Assembly: GCF_009914755.1 (NCBI RefSeq) | Contig: NC_060930.1 | Source of the DNA: the human T2T-CHM13v2.0 reference genome, Homo sapiens | Direction: 5' to 3' (one strand) | Length of the DNA stretch: 64,000 nucleotides | Shown here: one piece after another, positions 26,860 through 42,493 of the stretch | Numbering within the stretch: position 1 is the first letter of the stretch | Layout of the letters: every line of letters begins with the position of its first letter | Notes under the pieces: generated by a model | Databases searched by the model: none | What the model saw: only the letters and a program-made list of their open reading frames with translations | Told to the model about the DNA's origin: nothing | Program-made: the position numbers and the translations under genes

Positions 26860-29745
26860 CAGACTGAGCAACCTGAAAGGACATTGACTAAAAAAAAAAA
26901 GTCTCAGATATATAACAACAACAATAACTTTTAATGCGTCCCTGGGCTCACTAGAAAGTAAGGAGAATGTCTGAAGAAAGATTAAAAACAAAAACAAGAA
27001 CAGGGGTCTAAGATCATAGAGCAGTAAAGAGTAGACAAACACTTGGAAAGTGGTCTTGAAATTAAATGCCTAGGTCAGTACCACTATGCAGGAAGCTTTG
27101 AGACTATAAAAGGTGGAGAGATAAAACTTAAAACTTCCATATTAACCCAGTTCTCTTAACAAAGACTAGAGTGATTACAAATAAATAGTGCCACTGGCTC
27201 TTGAGAGAAGCAAACACAATCCCCTGTAAACAGGAGCTTTACAAATTTAGTTGCCAGGATCATTACAGATTAAGGTAAACAAAATCTGATTTCACAAAAA
27301 ATTACTCAAAGGAAAAATATCAGCCACTATAAAGGAAAATAAGCCAAAAGAACAAGCACTGTATGTAAAACCTCATTTTAAAATATCAAAATGACCAGCT
27401 GGTGGAATATAAAATAGATACAAATGAAATGTTTAAGGTAAAAAAAAAAAAAAGATGTAATAAAAATGAGAATAAAATAAAAGGTTACAAAACTGACCAG
27501 GCATATCTAAAAAACAAAATAACCATATGGAAATTCTAGGAATGGAAAAACTTAAAATTAAAAAACTCAATGAATTAATTTAAGCAGATTAGACATAGAT
27601 GATGAAAGGATTCATGATATAGAAAATAGATCTGAAGAAATAATCTGGGATGTAGTCTATATATCAAGAATATGAACATTTTGAAAGAGAGGTAAGGAAA
27701 CATGGAGAATAGAATGAGAAGAGCTAATTCTAATTAGTTTGAAGAGCTAATGTCTAATTAGTTTGAAGGAGAAAATAGAGGAAACTGAGGAAGGGCAGTA
27801 TTGAAAGGATAATGACTGATAATTTCTCAGAACTGATGAAAGACAGAAATCCACAGATATTTGTGGCAAACTGTATACCAAGAAGAATAAAGGAAAAGAA
27901 ACACATAGACAGTGCTATAGAACACTAAAAACAAATAGATTTAAATACAGCAAAAAATAGTTAAAAATTCAATTAATAAAAAGCAAAAAAGGAGAAAAAG
28001 AAGTACAAAAATATAAGGCAGATAGAAATCCTGAAACTAGGTGGTATAAATCAGTTCCGATTTATCAATAAACACAACTTAAGACGATTAACCCCACCAG
28101 TTATATGGTAGATATGATTAAGAAAAGCGAAATTCCAACTGCTAACTATATTATTTATGAAAGATCACTACAAAATATAAGCACATAAAAAATACAGAAA
28201 TAAAAGATGTAAAAGATATTCCAAGCAAATTCTAAAGAAAGTCATCATAACATTGCTATCAGACAAAAACACGTAATAAAAAATGAAGATCATTACATAA
28301 TGATAAAATTTCTAATTTAGCAAGAAGATCAAACAATTTTAAACTTGCATAGTTTTAATAAAACAAACATAAACATATACAAGCCACATATGACAAATCT
28401 ACAAAAAGCAGTTGACAAAATTACCATCACTGTGTGAACATGCGGTACATCTCTCTCAATTATTGCTGTGTGCAGACTGAAATTAGTGAAATTAGAGAAG
28501 ATTTAAGCAACATAATCAACAAGCTTGATTTAATGGCAATATATATAAAACCTTGCATCTGAATATTAGAGACTATACATTCTTAAAGCATACCTGGAAT
28601 ATTTATAAAAATGGATTGTGTACAATTATATTCACATCAATGACAAAAGATAGAAGATAGCTCCACATTTAGAAATTTGGAAACACTACTAATTTATGAA
28701 TCGAAGAGGAAATAAAGTGGAAGTTCTTAAATATCTACAAGCAAATGATGAACTACTACATATTAAGGTGTGCTATAAAACAGCAGCATTTTAAGAAATA
28801 TTTATAGTCTTAAATGTGTATGTCATAAAAGAAGAGAGGCTAACATTTAGAGAACTAGTCATCTCTGAGGAGTTAGACAGAGAACAATGACATAAACCCA
28901 AAGAGAATATAATGAAATAAATAATAAGATTAGAACCAGTGAAATAACTAAGATGCAATAGAAATAATCATCGAAGCCAAACATTGGCTTTGAAAGATGA
29001 ACAAAGTAGAAAAACATCTGGTGAGAAGGGGAGAGAGGATGGGAGGGAGGAAATAGGCACAGAGAATACAATAAAGGAGCAGAATAAATAATATAATAAA
29101 TAATAAATTATGTAAACAATTTTATATTAAGCATTTGGAAACCTCAATAAAATTGAGGTATTTTTAGAAAAATATAACTGATCCAAAATGACTAAAGAGA
29201 CAACTGAAAGACAAAGCAGGCTGGGCGTGGTGGCTCACGCCTGTAGTCCCAACACTTTGGGAGTCTGAGGGGGCTAGGATTGCTTGAGCTCAGGAGTTTG
29301 AGACCAGCCTGGGCAACATACCAAGACCCCTGTCTCTATTAAAAATAAAATAAAAAAAAAATCAGCCAGATGTGGTGATGCACCTGTAGTCCCTGCCACT
29401 CAGGAGGCTGAGGTGGGAGGATTGCTTGAGCCTGGGAGATTGAGGCCGCAGTAAGCTATAATTGTGCCACTGCACTCCAGCATATCTCAAAAAAAAAAAA
29501 AAAAAAAAGAGAAAAGAGAGGCAAAACAATCCTATAGGTATTACAGACACTGAGTCAATAATTTAACGTATTTCCCAAAAGAATATCAGGTGAGATGATT
29601 TTACAAGTGAGTATATCCACATTTTAAAGGATTTATAATTCTATTATGCCATTTTAGAAACATAACATTGAGCAGAAGAAAAAGTTACAAAAAATGATTT
29701 GCTGTATGTTACCACTTTTATAAAGTTCAAAACCAAGACAAATTA
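26860..29745 (+). mobile_element. Ancient L1M (5' region, ORF1 and ORF2 remnants), split by an AluJ
   Basis: A-rich; AATAGATCTGAAGAAAT..TTTCTCAGAACTGATGAAAGAC (ORF1), ATCAGACAAAA..CATTACATAATGATAAAA..ATCAACAAGCTTGATTTAAT (endonuclease region). Confidence 0.8.
29219..29510 (+). mobile_element. AluJ
   Basis: GGATTGCTTGAGCTCAGGAGTTTGAGACCAGCCTGGGCAACAT; short deletion before the tail. Confidence 0.92.
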
Positions 29746-29751
29746 AATAAT

Positions 29752-30222
29752 TTTGGGAAACAGTGCTACACGACTGTTTTCATGTTTCTGCGTGGTCAGG
29801 GCTTTCTGAGTAAAGATTGTTGGCACGTGGGTTAAGGGATGATCACTCCAGAAAGATAGAAAATCTTGCCTCTCCCTTGAGGCATTTGTTTACATTTCAA
29901 AGGGCCATAAAAGCCTGATATTATTACCTTTCTTTCCCAAGAGAGAATTTGACATCGTGATAGAGAACAAAGGCCTCTTTCCCTCTGTCTCTAGAGAGGA
30001 GGAGGAGCACTTTTGCCAATCATCCTATATAAGCTCTGAGACTCATAATTCTGGGGTTCCTCTCCTGTGGTGTACAACCCACAATTGCAGGTACAGTGTC
30101 TATCTGGCTCTCATTGCTTCAGTCCATGGGTGTCTGAGGTGTTAGGAACCAATGCAAGGTACTCTGTGAGTCATTAAAAGTCTACATCTGATCCAGAAAC
30201 CTCATGCTTCCTGTTAGAATGA
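29752..30222 (+). mobile_element. LTR40-like (ERVL) LTR
   Basis: TTTGGGAAACAGT..CATGTTTCTGC start; TATATAAG then GGGGTTCCTCTCCTGT..CAACCCAC..; CTGTGAGTCATTAAAAGTC..TCTGATCCAG. Confidence 0.7.
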
Positions 30223-30506
30223 ATGAATGAATATGTAAACAAGAAAAGGTATAAAAACTTAATGAACAGTACATTAACACATTTCTTAGAGATATACCTG
30301 TGTGACAAAACTATAAAAAGCTGTAACTGCATTAAATCATCTTCATTTTCAGGAATTCAGGTGCTTAATGTTTTACAAAAAGCATCTTTATTAGACTTTT
30401 TGAATATATCTTATTAAATAAAGTTGACTCTGGAAATGTAAATAGTTTTACATAATTCAGACAAAAATGAAACGAACAACCTCTGGAAATAAAAAAAAAA
30501 AGTTAA

Positions 30507-30802
<296 letters not shown>

Positions 30803-30849
30803 CAAGTTAAATTAAAAAAAAAGTTAGATTAGCCATTGGCTGGCATAAC

Positions 30850-32480
30850 CACACAGTAGAAACTATTTCAAATGGTTTAAAATACATTAATTTGATTTTA
30901 CTTCTCCAATGTACATATATACATATAGGATACATTTTAAAAAATTATAAGCTGCTTTCAGTAATCACATTGCTAGTGGCCAAGTTGGTATTATAATTCA
31001 GAGGCTGCTTTGTATGATAGGAATAAAATTGATGAATAATTATGTGATATTTTACCATTCACTGAGAACAAAAATTTTGTAGCGAAAAAAGGAAGATACT
31101 TAGATGTAATGGAAGTTAAGAAAAAATCTTGGACTTCAAATATCAGTATAAACTCATGATGGATTTTATATTTTAAAAACTTACTTTCCTCCTGGATCTG
31201 TTTACTGAAAAGACCTAGAAACAATGTCCAATCTAAGAACAATAATCACCTTTAGAGCTCATATTGTATTCTCTACATACCATTTCCCTCTGAAAGGAAC
31301 CAGAGATCCTTGGTAAAAAGGCTCATCCCGGGTCTGGGGGAGGAAATATACAAGATGAGCCATCATCATAAAAATCTACTATAATGCTGTCAGTAGGACT
31401 GAGGAACTCACTTGAGGAGCTTTCTACTATATTTAAAGATTAGATATTTTGAGTATCAGTACTAATAATATCTGCAGCAGACTGCACATTAAATATATTT
31501 ATATCCATGAGTTTCTAATGATGCAAAAAAAAAATAAGAAAAAGAAAAACCGATTAATTGTTCACCACTGAAAGAAACTAGTAACCTAATTTTTTTTTTT
31601 TGAGATGGGATCTCACTGTGTTGCCCAGGCTGGCCTCAAACTCCTGGGCTCAAGTGATCCTCCTGTCTCAGCCTCCCAAGTCACTGGGACTACAGGGGCA
31701 TGCCACCATGACTGGCTATAAACTAAAATTTAATTTTAAGAAATAGTAAATAAAAAAATCCAGCTTTAATTCTGTCTTCTTTATAAAAAATTGAACCCTG
31801 GGTACTCAAATTACAGTTGAGGAGAAAATTTTTTAATTGAAGTTTTAATTCTATCTAACAAATAAACATGGAATGATGTTTATTTGCCAGTTTTCAAACC
31901 TGAGTGAATGAATGAATAAACGGACCTGGGAATTGATCAACAATGGCTGCTGCATCGCGTAAAGAGAGACGACCAGGTACGGTATGCCTCCTGATGGGAA
32001 AAATGCCACAAGTCATGAAGTAGTCTTTCCCCCTCATCCCCTGAGAAAATCAAAGCGGAATTTGATTAAGCCTCTAGATCCAACTTCCATGCATAGGAAA
32101 ATCTGAGGGCAGAATTATCTAAGTCGCAGTTACCATTAGAGCACAAAAGACAAAATCCAGCATGTGAAAGGTCTCCAGAAGAAAGGCGTTGAATAGAGGG
32201 CAAGAGTGCGTGCATGAAGGGGAGTCTATCATCACAGACACTCAGGAGACAGACATATTGACCAAACACAATGTGTGGGTCACATTGCATCCTGATTCAA
32301 ATGAACTACTAAAAACTCTGTAGCACCTGGGAGGCAATTAGAAATTTGAACACTGAGTATGTATTACTATTTGATAAATAATGAGTAAGACAAATTTCAA
32401 TATAACACTAATAAGGAATTATTAAGTATGTGATAATGGCATTGCAGCTATATCAGAAAAGATAAAGTGTCTTTGAAATT
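30850..32480 (+). mobile_element. L1MC4/5-like 3' region
   Basis: ATACCATTTCCC..AAAGGAACCAGAGATCCTTGG..GGAAATATACAAGATGAGCC; CCTGATTCAAA..GAAATTTGAACACTGA. Confidence 0.75.
31589..31717 (-). mobile_element. FLAM_A-like monomer
   Basis: T tail, GAGATGGGATCTCACTGTGTTGCCCAGGCTGG..CTCCTGGGCTCAAGTGATCCTCC..GGGACTACAGG. Confidence 0.85.
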
Positions 32481-32489
32481 CAGACTTGC

Positions 32490-32930
32490 ACTGGTTGTCT
32501 ATAATAAAAACCATAAAACGTCAGTGGCATACGACAGGAAGACTTGATTGTTCACAACTCTGGGCCGTCTGGCTAGGTGGCTCTATTGATCTTGGCTATA
32601 TGTGGCTGAGCAATTCTCCTTTCTGCCTGAATTGCTTACACAGGTGTCAGCTGGCTGTCAACTGATCTAGGATGGTCTTGGAGGGACAACGAGGGCAACC
32701 CCATGTCTCTTCTTTAGCAGGCCAGCCCAGACATGCTTTCATGGCTGAATAGGAGCCAGCCTGGTCATGGGAGCAATTTTCAAGCAAGTCTCTGCTTGAA
32801 TGTCACATTTACTAACATCCTGTTGGCCAAGGTGCATCCCATGGCTGAGCCCAGTGTCCAAGTGAAAGGGCACCAGGAAGTTCCCTGCAGCGCTGTGGGT
32901 ACTGGAAGAATGGGCGCCATCTTCATGACA
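32490..32930 (-). mobile_element. Old MLT1 (H/I/J-like) LTR
   Basis: AAAACGTCAGTGGCATA..; GTCACATTTACTAACATCCTGTTGGCCAAG..CATGGCTGAGCCCAG. Confidence 0.7.
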
Positions 32931-34285
32931 GCAGCATGCTAAGTTACAGAAAGTGAGCGGCGTTCTAGACAAAGCAAGCTCATCTGTGAATGGATCATGG
33001 CAGAAACCTGACCACAGTATGTTGGGATTTATGTGTTTGACATTTTCTATAATAGAAAGGCAGATCAAAAATAAGGCTCCAGTGCCTCCACTCAGGAAAG
33101 CTCAAGTAGGTTTTCTTGAGAATTTTTAGTGGATACCCTGTTTTGCAATGTTCTTTTCTTTTTCTAATGAGGCTGAACCAGATTGTAATGCCATGAGGCT
33201 TCTACATGGAGAGCTGGACGTTGGTGAGGATTGGGTGGAGAAGGCCGGGTGGAGGCTGGGCCTGGGAGAAGAGCAGCAGATTCCCAGACGTACTGGTATT
33301 GGTGCATACTCTGAGAAAGACATCTCAGAGCACTTCTGCCGTCAATTACGAAGCTTCAATATAAGAATTCTTTCTACACATGCCTGCCTGTCTTTTCTTG
33401 TGACGCTTTGACAGAAGAATTGTTTTCCTTATGTGTCACATACTATACGGTTAGACACTAACACATGTTTGTTTGAGCATATGACAATTTCAACCTGACA
33501 AGCTTGAGGCTTTCCTTCTCCTCTCTCTCTTTCTTTCCTTCCTTCCTTTCGTGCACTTATTTTAGAAATATGTATGAAACTTCTCTTAGAGGCAGGCTCT
33601 GTGCTAGGTACTCGCGATAAAAGGGTAAACTGAAAAACAGATCTAATTGAGTCTAGAACTTGTTATTTCAAGCTGAAATTCATAATGCATGCAAAAACTC
33701 TATGACAGCTTAGGTCCACCAGGACACTCTTTTTATGATATTTAACAACAGAAATTCAGTGCAAAGTCTTCTAAAACTAAGAAACTACAAAACTACCGCC
33801 TGTAAATCCAAACCTTCAATAATTCTTTACCTTCAGATCTTTATATTCCAAGTTATAAATCTAAATTTTTTCTGAAAATAATTTTTATAGCCAAATCTCT
33901 GCAAATTGTATATTTGGGTCATGTTGACCAATTTGCATACAGTGAGGTTGGTTACACTCAATAACCAACACAGGTGAGGTGTGTTCTGTTCATTTTTCTG
34001 AGAGAACATGAAAATGATCAACTGTATTGCTTCATTATTGCAGTTTCACTGAATTGGTTTTACATATTCTACTTGTCTCGTCCACAGCATCTTATTTGTG
34101 GCACTTCTCTCTTTTTGGTGTGGTGCCTTGGGCATGTTGAGCTGTCAGGTAGAGAAGAGACGGTTTATGCCAGAAGTAACACTCCCATCTCTAGTTAGCT
34201 TTACTCTCTTAACTCACTGCCAGACTTACTCGTGTCCTGAAAGGGTCACTCTGGACTCTGAGAAAACTGAGAGAACAAGGTTTGA

Positions 34286-34737
<452 letters not shown>

Positions 34738-35399
34738 TGACAAACAAAGGTGTGTTTTTGTTTGCTTCCCACCATTATCTATTTGTAACTGCTGATGGCT
34801 GCTAGGAAGATCAGTGGCACCTAAGTTGATTTTGCTTGATTGAGGAAACCTAGCTCATTGTAAACTCCAGGTAATGGATGGGATAGTCTTCTCTGCATTT
34901 TTTGTTTAAATTGAATTTTATTTCTGGGTGTCTATGAAGAATGCAGCCTTTGTGATCTCCTTAGGAACAGATTCTGGTTTGTACCAGGGCTATTTCCAAG
35001 AAGACAGTTCCAGGCTGGAGCCTGTGTGCCTTCCCGCTGGTTTCTTCCAGAGTCTCCTTGTGGAGAGAAAAAAAATCCCACACACAAAAAATGTACAAGG
35101 CTAGTGAGGGTGATGCTATACATATGCATTAAAGTGTAAGGCCAGCAGGTCCTCCCAGCTGTTAACTAAATGCATCAGCTCCGGGCACAATGGGTGAGCT
35201 TGTTAACCTTCCACCTCTGCTGAGGGAATTGGCAAGGGTGAAGTTGCTGGTGTCCTTTTGCATCTACAGCTATTTGTAGTACCAATAAAATGCTCATAAT
35301 GGGCCCAGATGGTGATAGGGTTTGCTCATGAGCATCCTTGAACAGCATTCATATGCCTAATTGCAAAGTAAAGGAGCAACGTTTTAGTTTTTTAAATGA

Positions 35400-35600
35400 G
35401 AAGAATGGACTTTGGTGGAGGTCTGGATTTGAATCTGGGCTTTGCCACTTTCTAATTAAGTGACTGCTGTCAGGTTTTTGAGCTGGCTGAGTCTCAGCTT
35501 TCTCATCTGCAGGACGAGAATAGCATTAGACATCCCCAGCTCCCACGGGTGTTGTCAAGATTCATTAAGTACTGCTGGTAAGGTGTACAGCATAATGTTT
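35400..35600 (+). mobile_element. MIR
   Basis: TCTGGATTTGAATCTGGGCTTTGCCACTT..CTGAGTCTCAGCTTTCTCATCTGCA..GGGTGTTGTCAAGATT. Confidence 0.75.
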
Positions 35601-36105
35601 TAACAAAGAGTAACTTTAAAGAATATTGATGATGAGGATGAGGAGGAGGAGGAGGGAGGAGAGTTCTCCCAAGTCCTGTGACCTGGAGACGCAGCCCCAC
35701 AGAGGTAAGGTAAATGTTCCCAGGCCTCTAGCTACCTCTTCCTTGTTCCTCAGTTATTTGGATCTTTATCTGTTGAGGGCTGGTGTCCACATCTTCATCT
35801 CTTTATCAATTGCCCCTTCAGGAGGTTAGCAGCAGCCTCCGCATGAGCTCTTCTCTAATCCAAGGTCAGCAGGATGTTGACACCGTTGTTTGTGCGGCGC
35901 TTTCCCTCCACTGCGCTCTTTTGATATTTTCTTAAAATTTGATCCCTGATAGCTTGAACAGGGGCTCATCCCTGAGACTGAAACTCCATCCGAATATGTG
36001 GGTAAAGAGGTTCTTTGTACCTACTGAAAAGTGTTTTGCAGATAACTGTAGCTCTCTACTCAGGCTGTGGCTCCCACTGATGAAATATCCTATTGGTTTA
36101 GAGCC

Positions 36106-36303
36106 GGGGTCTGGAATCTGTCAGGCCCACTGCCTGTTTTTGTAAATAAAGTTTATCTGAAACCAGGCAGGCCCACTTTGCACATTATCTATGGCTGCCG
36201 CTCCCATAACAGTACAGGGGGGTGGCTGCATGAGAGACCATAGGGCCCCAAAGCCCACAAGGTTTACTGTCTGGGCCTTCACAGATAAAGCTGACCAACC
36301 TTC
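36106..36303 (+). mobile_element. MER58A (hAT-Charlie MITE)
   Basis: GGCCCACTGCCTGTTTTTGTAAATAAAGTTT..TCTATGGCTGC..AGAGACCAT..CAAAGCC..TTTACTGTCTGG. Confidence 0.85.
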
Positions 36304-37624
36304 GGTTTGGAAAGCAGAAGGCTGTAGATCCTGTAGCACAGCCTAAGGACTTTGTGTTTCTGTAATTCAACATGTCATATGGGAGAGGTCTTATTTGGGA
36401 ATTTAAAAAGTTTCTTTCATTAACTTTCAAGTCAAATGGTAGAAATACTGACCATTTTCTCCCCATGTTGAAATGTGGAAGCTTAAACATGCTCAGCATA
36501 GTATTTTATCAGAAGGTTTATATCAGTATATTTTTAGAAGCTTTTGTGACACCCAGTTTTCAAGTAGTTTGGCTAAATCCACTAAGCCATTAGGGTGAGT
36601 TAATAGAAGCTACTGTAAAGATCATGTCACTGGCTACTCTGTCAGCTGTCCCTGGAACTAAATGCTACAGCTGCATGCTGGTGACAGATCAGAAATAAAG
36701 CTAGATAGGGGGGTAGGAATGATAACCTGCCAAGAAAGGGAGATTAGCAGATCCCCCTATAGATGATATAGGGAAAGAAAAAGGAGGAGCAAAGGAGAAC
36801 ATGTTAAGCTGAAAGAGGACGCTGTGGAAACATGACAAGAATTCTCAAAGTCTTTCACAGAATGATGTTATGGTGTCCCCTAGTTGCTGTAAAATATTGG
36901 GAAGCAAACGAGTGTGGAGAATAATACTGGGACTCTGAAGGCAAGGATGAATGAGAAATGGTTCAGGGAAGATTCGTGGCCAGGCAGGGAGGGCAGGACG
37001 TTGCATGAGGAGAGGGGGCCTCGCCAGCACTGGTATCTAGTCCTCTTCTGTTCCAAGAAACTTCGGGAGTGGAACATCCATCAGCTGGAGCTGGAAACCC
37101 TGCCCTGTGAGCTGGGTCCCCCATTTGGAGTGACAGTAATGTGTGGCCAGCAAAGGGTCACCAGCTACTGAGAGGCATCTGGGGGATACATTTTTAAAAG
37201 TTAGTTCTGTGGGCGGAAGGGTAGATGATAGGGAAGAATGAGATGATTTTGTAAAGTAAGAGGATCTAGGAGTAAGTAGGGTCTCAAGCATTGCAATGAA
37301 GAGGGTATAAAGACAGCTACCTTACGACCTTGGTTTATTGGAGAGAGAGAATGATGTTTTGTGGTGGCCAAATGCATTGCTGGTGAGGGGAATAGATTTC
37401 AGGTCCCATTTGTCGCTGCTAACAATTCATGTGAATGGGACAGTCACTCAACCTCCCACAGGCTCTGCTTTCTGTAAAATTGGGGTAAGTGGGATGGGAA
37501 AGAGGTGCGATGACATCTAGTGATGCTTCTAGATTCAAAGATGCTATTGCTTTATTTCTGTATCATATCTGCATTTAAATGTTGGTGACTCAAATCTATT
37601 GTCTATCACATATCTGTCTATCTA

Positions 37625-37765
37625 TTCCTCAGATTATCTGTACATTTTATAAACAATTTTAAGTGCCTTCAGAATCTCTCATCTTTTCTGTTGCATGCAT
37701 GGGTATTTTTGTTTTGGCTTTAAATACATTCATGAAGTTCAGTGACTCTCTTAAACACCTTGGAT
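37625..37765 (+). repeat. 141-bp direct duplicate inside a TCTA/TATC tract (partner 38895-39035)
   Basis: 7 mismatches, no gaps. Confidence 0.95.
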
Positions 37766-37830
37766 CTATCTATCTATCTACCTGTCTGTCTATCATCTAT
37801 CTCACTTACCTACCATCTATCATCTCTCCA
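37766..37830. repeat. (TATC)n / degenerate TCTA microsatellite
   Basis: CTATCTATCTATCTACCTGTCTGTCTATCATCTATCT; similar units at 37594-37624. Confidence 0.85.
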
Positions 37831-38894
37831 TAATCTGTCTTGAAAAATGCTGCCATTGTTTGTTTTGCCTTAACAGGAATAAAATGCTATTTTTTTTTCT
37901 GTGATTTGAAAATGCCTTTTGCTTTTAAGAGTTCATCATTCCACACAGCTTGGTGGATGGGAAAATTCAGATTGTATGAGTTCTCTTTTGACTTCACTGT
38001 AGAGATTGAGTATATCAAGCAGGAAAAAATACATTCTAGCAAGTCACAAATAAAAAACAATAAAACATTGGGCTATTTTTTTTTAATTTACCTTGGAAAG
38101 TCACAGAATTTATGTGTTTCAGCAAAGTTGCCGCTAGAAAAGATGGGATAGTAGAACCAAGTCAAACAAAGAAAGGCTGCCCCTTCTTAAGTGCTGAGCA
38201 CTGTCTCTCCGTCAGCTCTAATTCCCGTAACAACTCCAGAGCCAGGTATGATACTACTGCCATCCCCGTGTTAGGAGGAGAGTGCATTCCCAGGGAAGTT
38301 GATGAAATTGCCTGAGGAAGAAGTGTGGTGAGATCTGGACCCAGGCAGGCAGCCCCCACAGTGCTGCTCCTAACCACTGCACCACGCTGCCTCTGTCATT
38401 TCATCATGGGGGCACATGCTGACGTGACTGTAATTGCATCCTCACATTTGTGGCAGGGTTGGTGTGGCAAGTGAAAAGAGCACAGACGTGGCAGCCCCTC
38501 AGCCGTTTGCTGCCGTTTCTGCTTGCTCACCTACCAGAAGGGCAAATTCGGAAAAATGACTCCCCTTTGTTAAATGCAGACACAGTTATGCATCTTAGAG
38601 GATTGTTGTGAGGAGTAAAGAAGTTACACTTGTTAATCATCATAATGAGTGCCCAGGTAGATAATATTTTTCTTCTGTTATCCACTCGCTAGACGAGCAT
38701 GTGTAGTTTTGTGTTAGGGCATGCAGTGGGAATAAAAGAAAGCTGGGCTGCAGGTATCAGCAAGTTTTCAGTTTACTTGAAAAGAAAAGAGAAAACAAAT
38801 CATTCAGAATGACACATTGCATTTATCTATGCTTGTGCTTTATGTGTCTTGGAAACTAGGACCCTAAGCTGAGTTGACTTCGATAAGAATACTT

Positions 38895-39035
38895 TTCCTC
38901 AGATTATCTGTCAATTTTATAAACAATTTTAAGTGCCTTCAGAATCTCTAATCTTTTCTGTTGCATGCATGGATTTTTTTTTTTTGGCTTTAAATGCATT
39001 CATGAAGTTCAGTGACTCTCTTAAACACCTTGGAT
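38895..39035 (+). repeat. 141-bp direct duplicate, probable source copy
   Basis: Same block in unique flanks, offset 1270 bp. Confidence 0.95.
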
Positions 39036-40328
39036 GTTTTTTTTTTTCTTTTTAACTGAGAAAGAGATTTGACAGAGAGAGTCTTCATCACCATTGGTTT
39101 AACCTTTAAGAAGTTTGAGATTGAGAAGCTAATACTCAGAAAATAATCTTCTAAGAGTCTGCAAAAAACCCACATGCATGAATATTAAACAAAAAAAGTA
39201 TATTATTATATGGTTGTCATCAAATTAAACTTAAGTGAAAATAGTATTTCCTATTTAGACAAGTTCCTTGAAGAGCCCCATTTTGCTTATGATGCATCCT
39301 TTTCAGGTGAGATGACTTTTCATTATTAACTATTGATAAATTGAATAAATTTCCCTCAGTGAAGGTCACCCTTAATTATCAGGGCTCACCTAATCAAGAA
39401 CTTCTCTCTCCCTTTGTGTTGAAACAGCTGATTGACCAAAAACACTTGCATAATAGCCTTGTGTTGCTCTTTTCCCACCTGAGGTAATCAATCACCCTGT
39501 TTCTTTGCTTTTGAAAGAGGAATATTTGTAACTTCTAGCGATTCAACCACTGTCCCCACTGTGGAAATACCAATGTAGGAGAATTCTTGATACATGCAAG
39601 TTATCCAGATCCCTAAATAAGCAGTATTTTGTAAAAGGATGATATTTCCCTGTTTAAGTTTAAAATTTCTACTTTAATGAGAAATCAATTTTGCATCATC
39701 TCTTTGGACATCGAGTTTACCTCCCTGCTGTCAGAGCTGTGCAGAAGAAAGCAGAGTCTATGAGTCTTCTCACCACAGCATAGAAAGATTTTTTTTTTTT
39801 TAAACACGTAGGGGAATTATGCTGAGGGCCTATTGGGCTTCTGGTAAGGACAGCTGCAAGTAAGTTGATACCATTTGGGCTCGGCCTCAGATTCACTGCC
39901 AGCCCTGGGCGGGCAGCTGGCCTGTGCTTCGGTGTGGAACAACAGGCTGACTCCAGTAACGTTGGTCCCGGGCTCTGGAAAATCCTGGGCAGACAGGACA
40001 AATGCTTTAGGGAACAACTGCTTTGAAAGAATAGACTGTTTGAAACTCCCAGCTGTGAGGGCCATTTGTGAGAAAGACTCCATGCCAGGGTGAGGGTCAA
40101 AAACAGCTGCTGCCTGGGGCTTACATTTCCAACCAGAGTAAATTGCTGGCTCCAGGACAGAATTTTGATCATCTGTGGATTTGTTAAAATTCAGCTGCCG
40201 ATGTCTATGGGGTCATAACTCTGGACCCCAATCTAAATGTCTCTTGGCATTTGGGCCTTTACCAGCTAAAAGCAGCCCCCCTAAATAGTCCTCTACTCCC
40301 ATCTGAGGTGCCACAAGCATAGCTTTCA

Positions 40329-40764
<436 letters not shown>

Positions 40765-40802
40765 CTAACCATGTATTGGTCGAATGAAAGAATAGTTATC
40801 TA

Positions 40803-41224
<422 letters not shown>

Positions 41225-42165
41225 TCATATACAAGCAAGAAGGAGATCAAGGAAAACACCCCCCACGCACCCCAGCTTTGGAGAAACTGAGATAAGAGTA
41301 ACCTGTAAGTAAGTAAGCTCAGTAAGTAAAGGAGTGCATGGGAAGTCAAACCTGCATTCAGGAATGTGTGGGCGGGGACATTGTGAGTGCTGAATGCCCA
41401 CAGCACGGTGCTCCAGGGCGGGGTAAGTGCCAGTGGGAGAGGAGAATCCAACAGTCCTGTCTCAGGGAAAAGGGAGCTTCTCCAAAGTCCTTTGCTTAAA
41501 GGGAAGTCAAGGCGGATGGGGATGAAGGAGCAGTCAGAGGCTGGCTGTATTTTCAGGAAGTGGTTTGCAGTAGATCTCAGTGGTGTGGCGGGAACCCTAA
41601 GCTAAAATAACTCATGATGCACCATTCAGAGGCCTGCACAGACACTGCCTGGTGACGCTCCACAAGGAACCAGGGCAGCAGCAGGTGGGTGAAATCAATG
41701 AATTCCAACAAGACACATTCCTACACAAAAAGCTATTGTAAGAAGAAAGGATCAGAGGAAATGGCAAAATGAATGGCAGATAAAAAATACAGTATTATTA
41801 TGAAGCAGATTAAAGTTATGACCAAAAAATGCAAGTGGATTTAAAAATAAAAACAAAGACAGGAATGAAATAATCTAAGCAATAACTTTTACAACACTGG
41901 AGCAGGAAGCAGAGACCTGAGCGGTGAGGCGAGACGCAGGGTGGGAAGGGAGGGGAGCCTGGCCTGGGTGGGCTTCAGGAAGGAGGTGAAGAGAGAAAGG
42001 AAACTCTGCCGCAGTGGTTGAGTGTTCAATGGGAGGCAGCACAAAGGACCATCTGCCGTGTTGGAAACAGAATTGGAGAGAAGGGTAGGATCAGAAACGT
42101 CAGCAAAACAAAATAGATATGAATAAAGAGTTCAACTAAAGATCAGATAAAGAATAACATACCTG

Positions 42166-42493
<328 letters not shown>

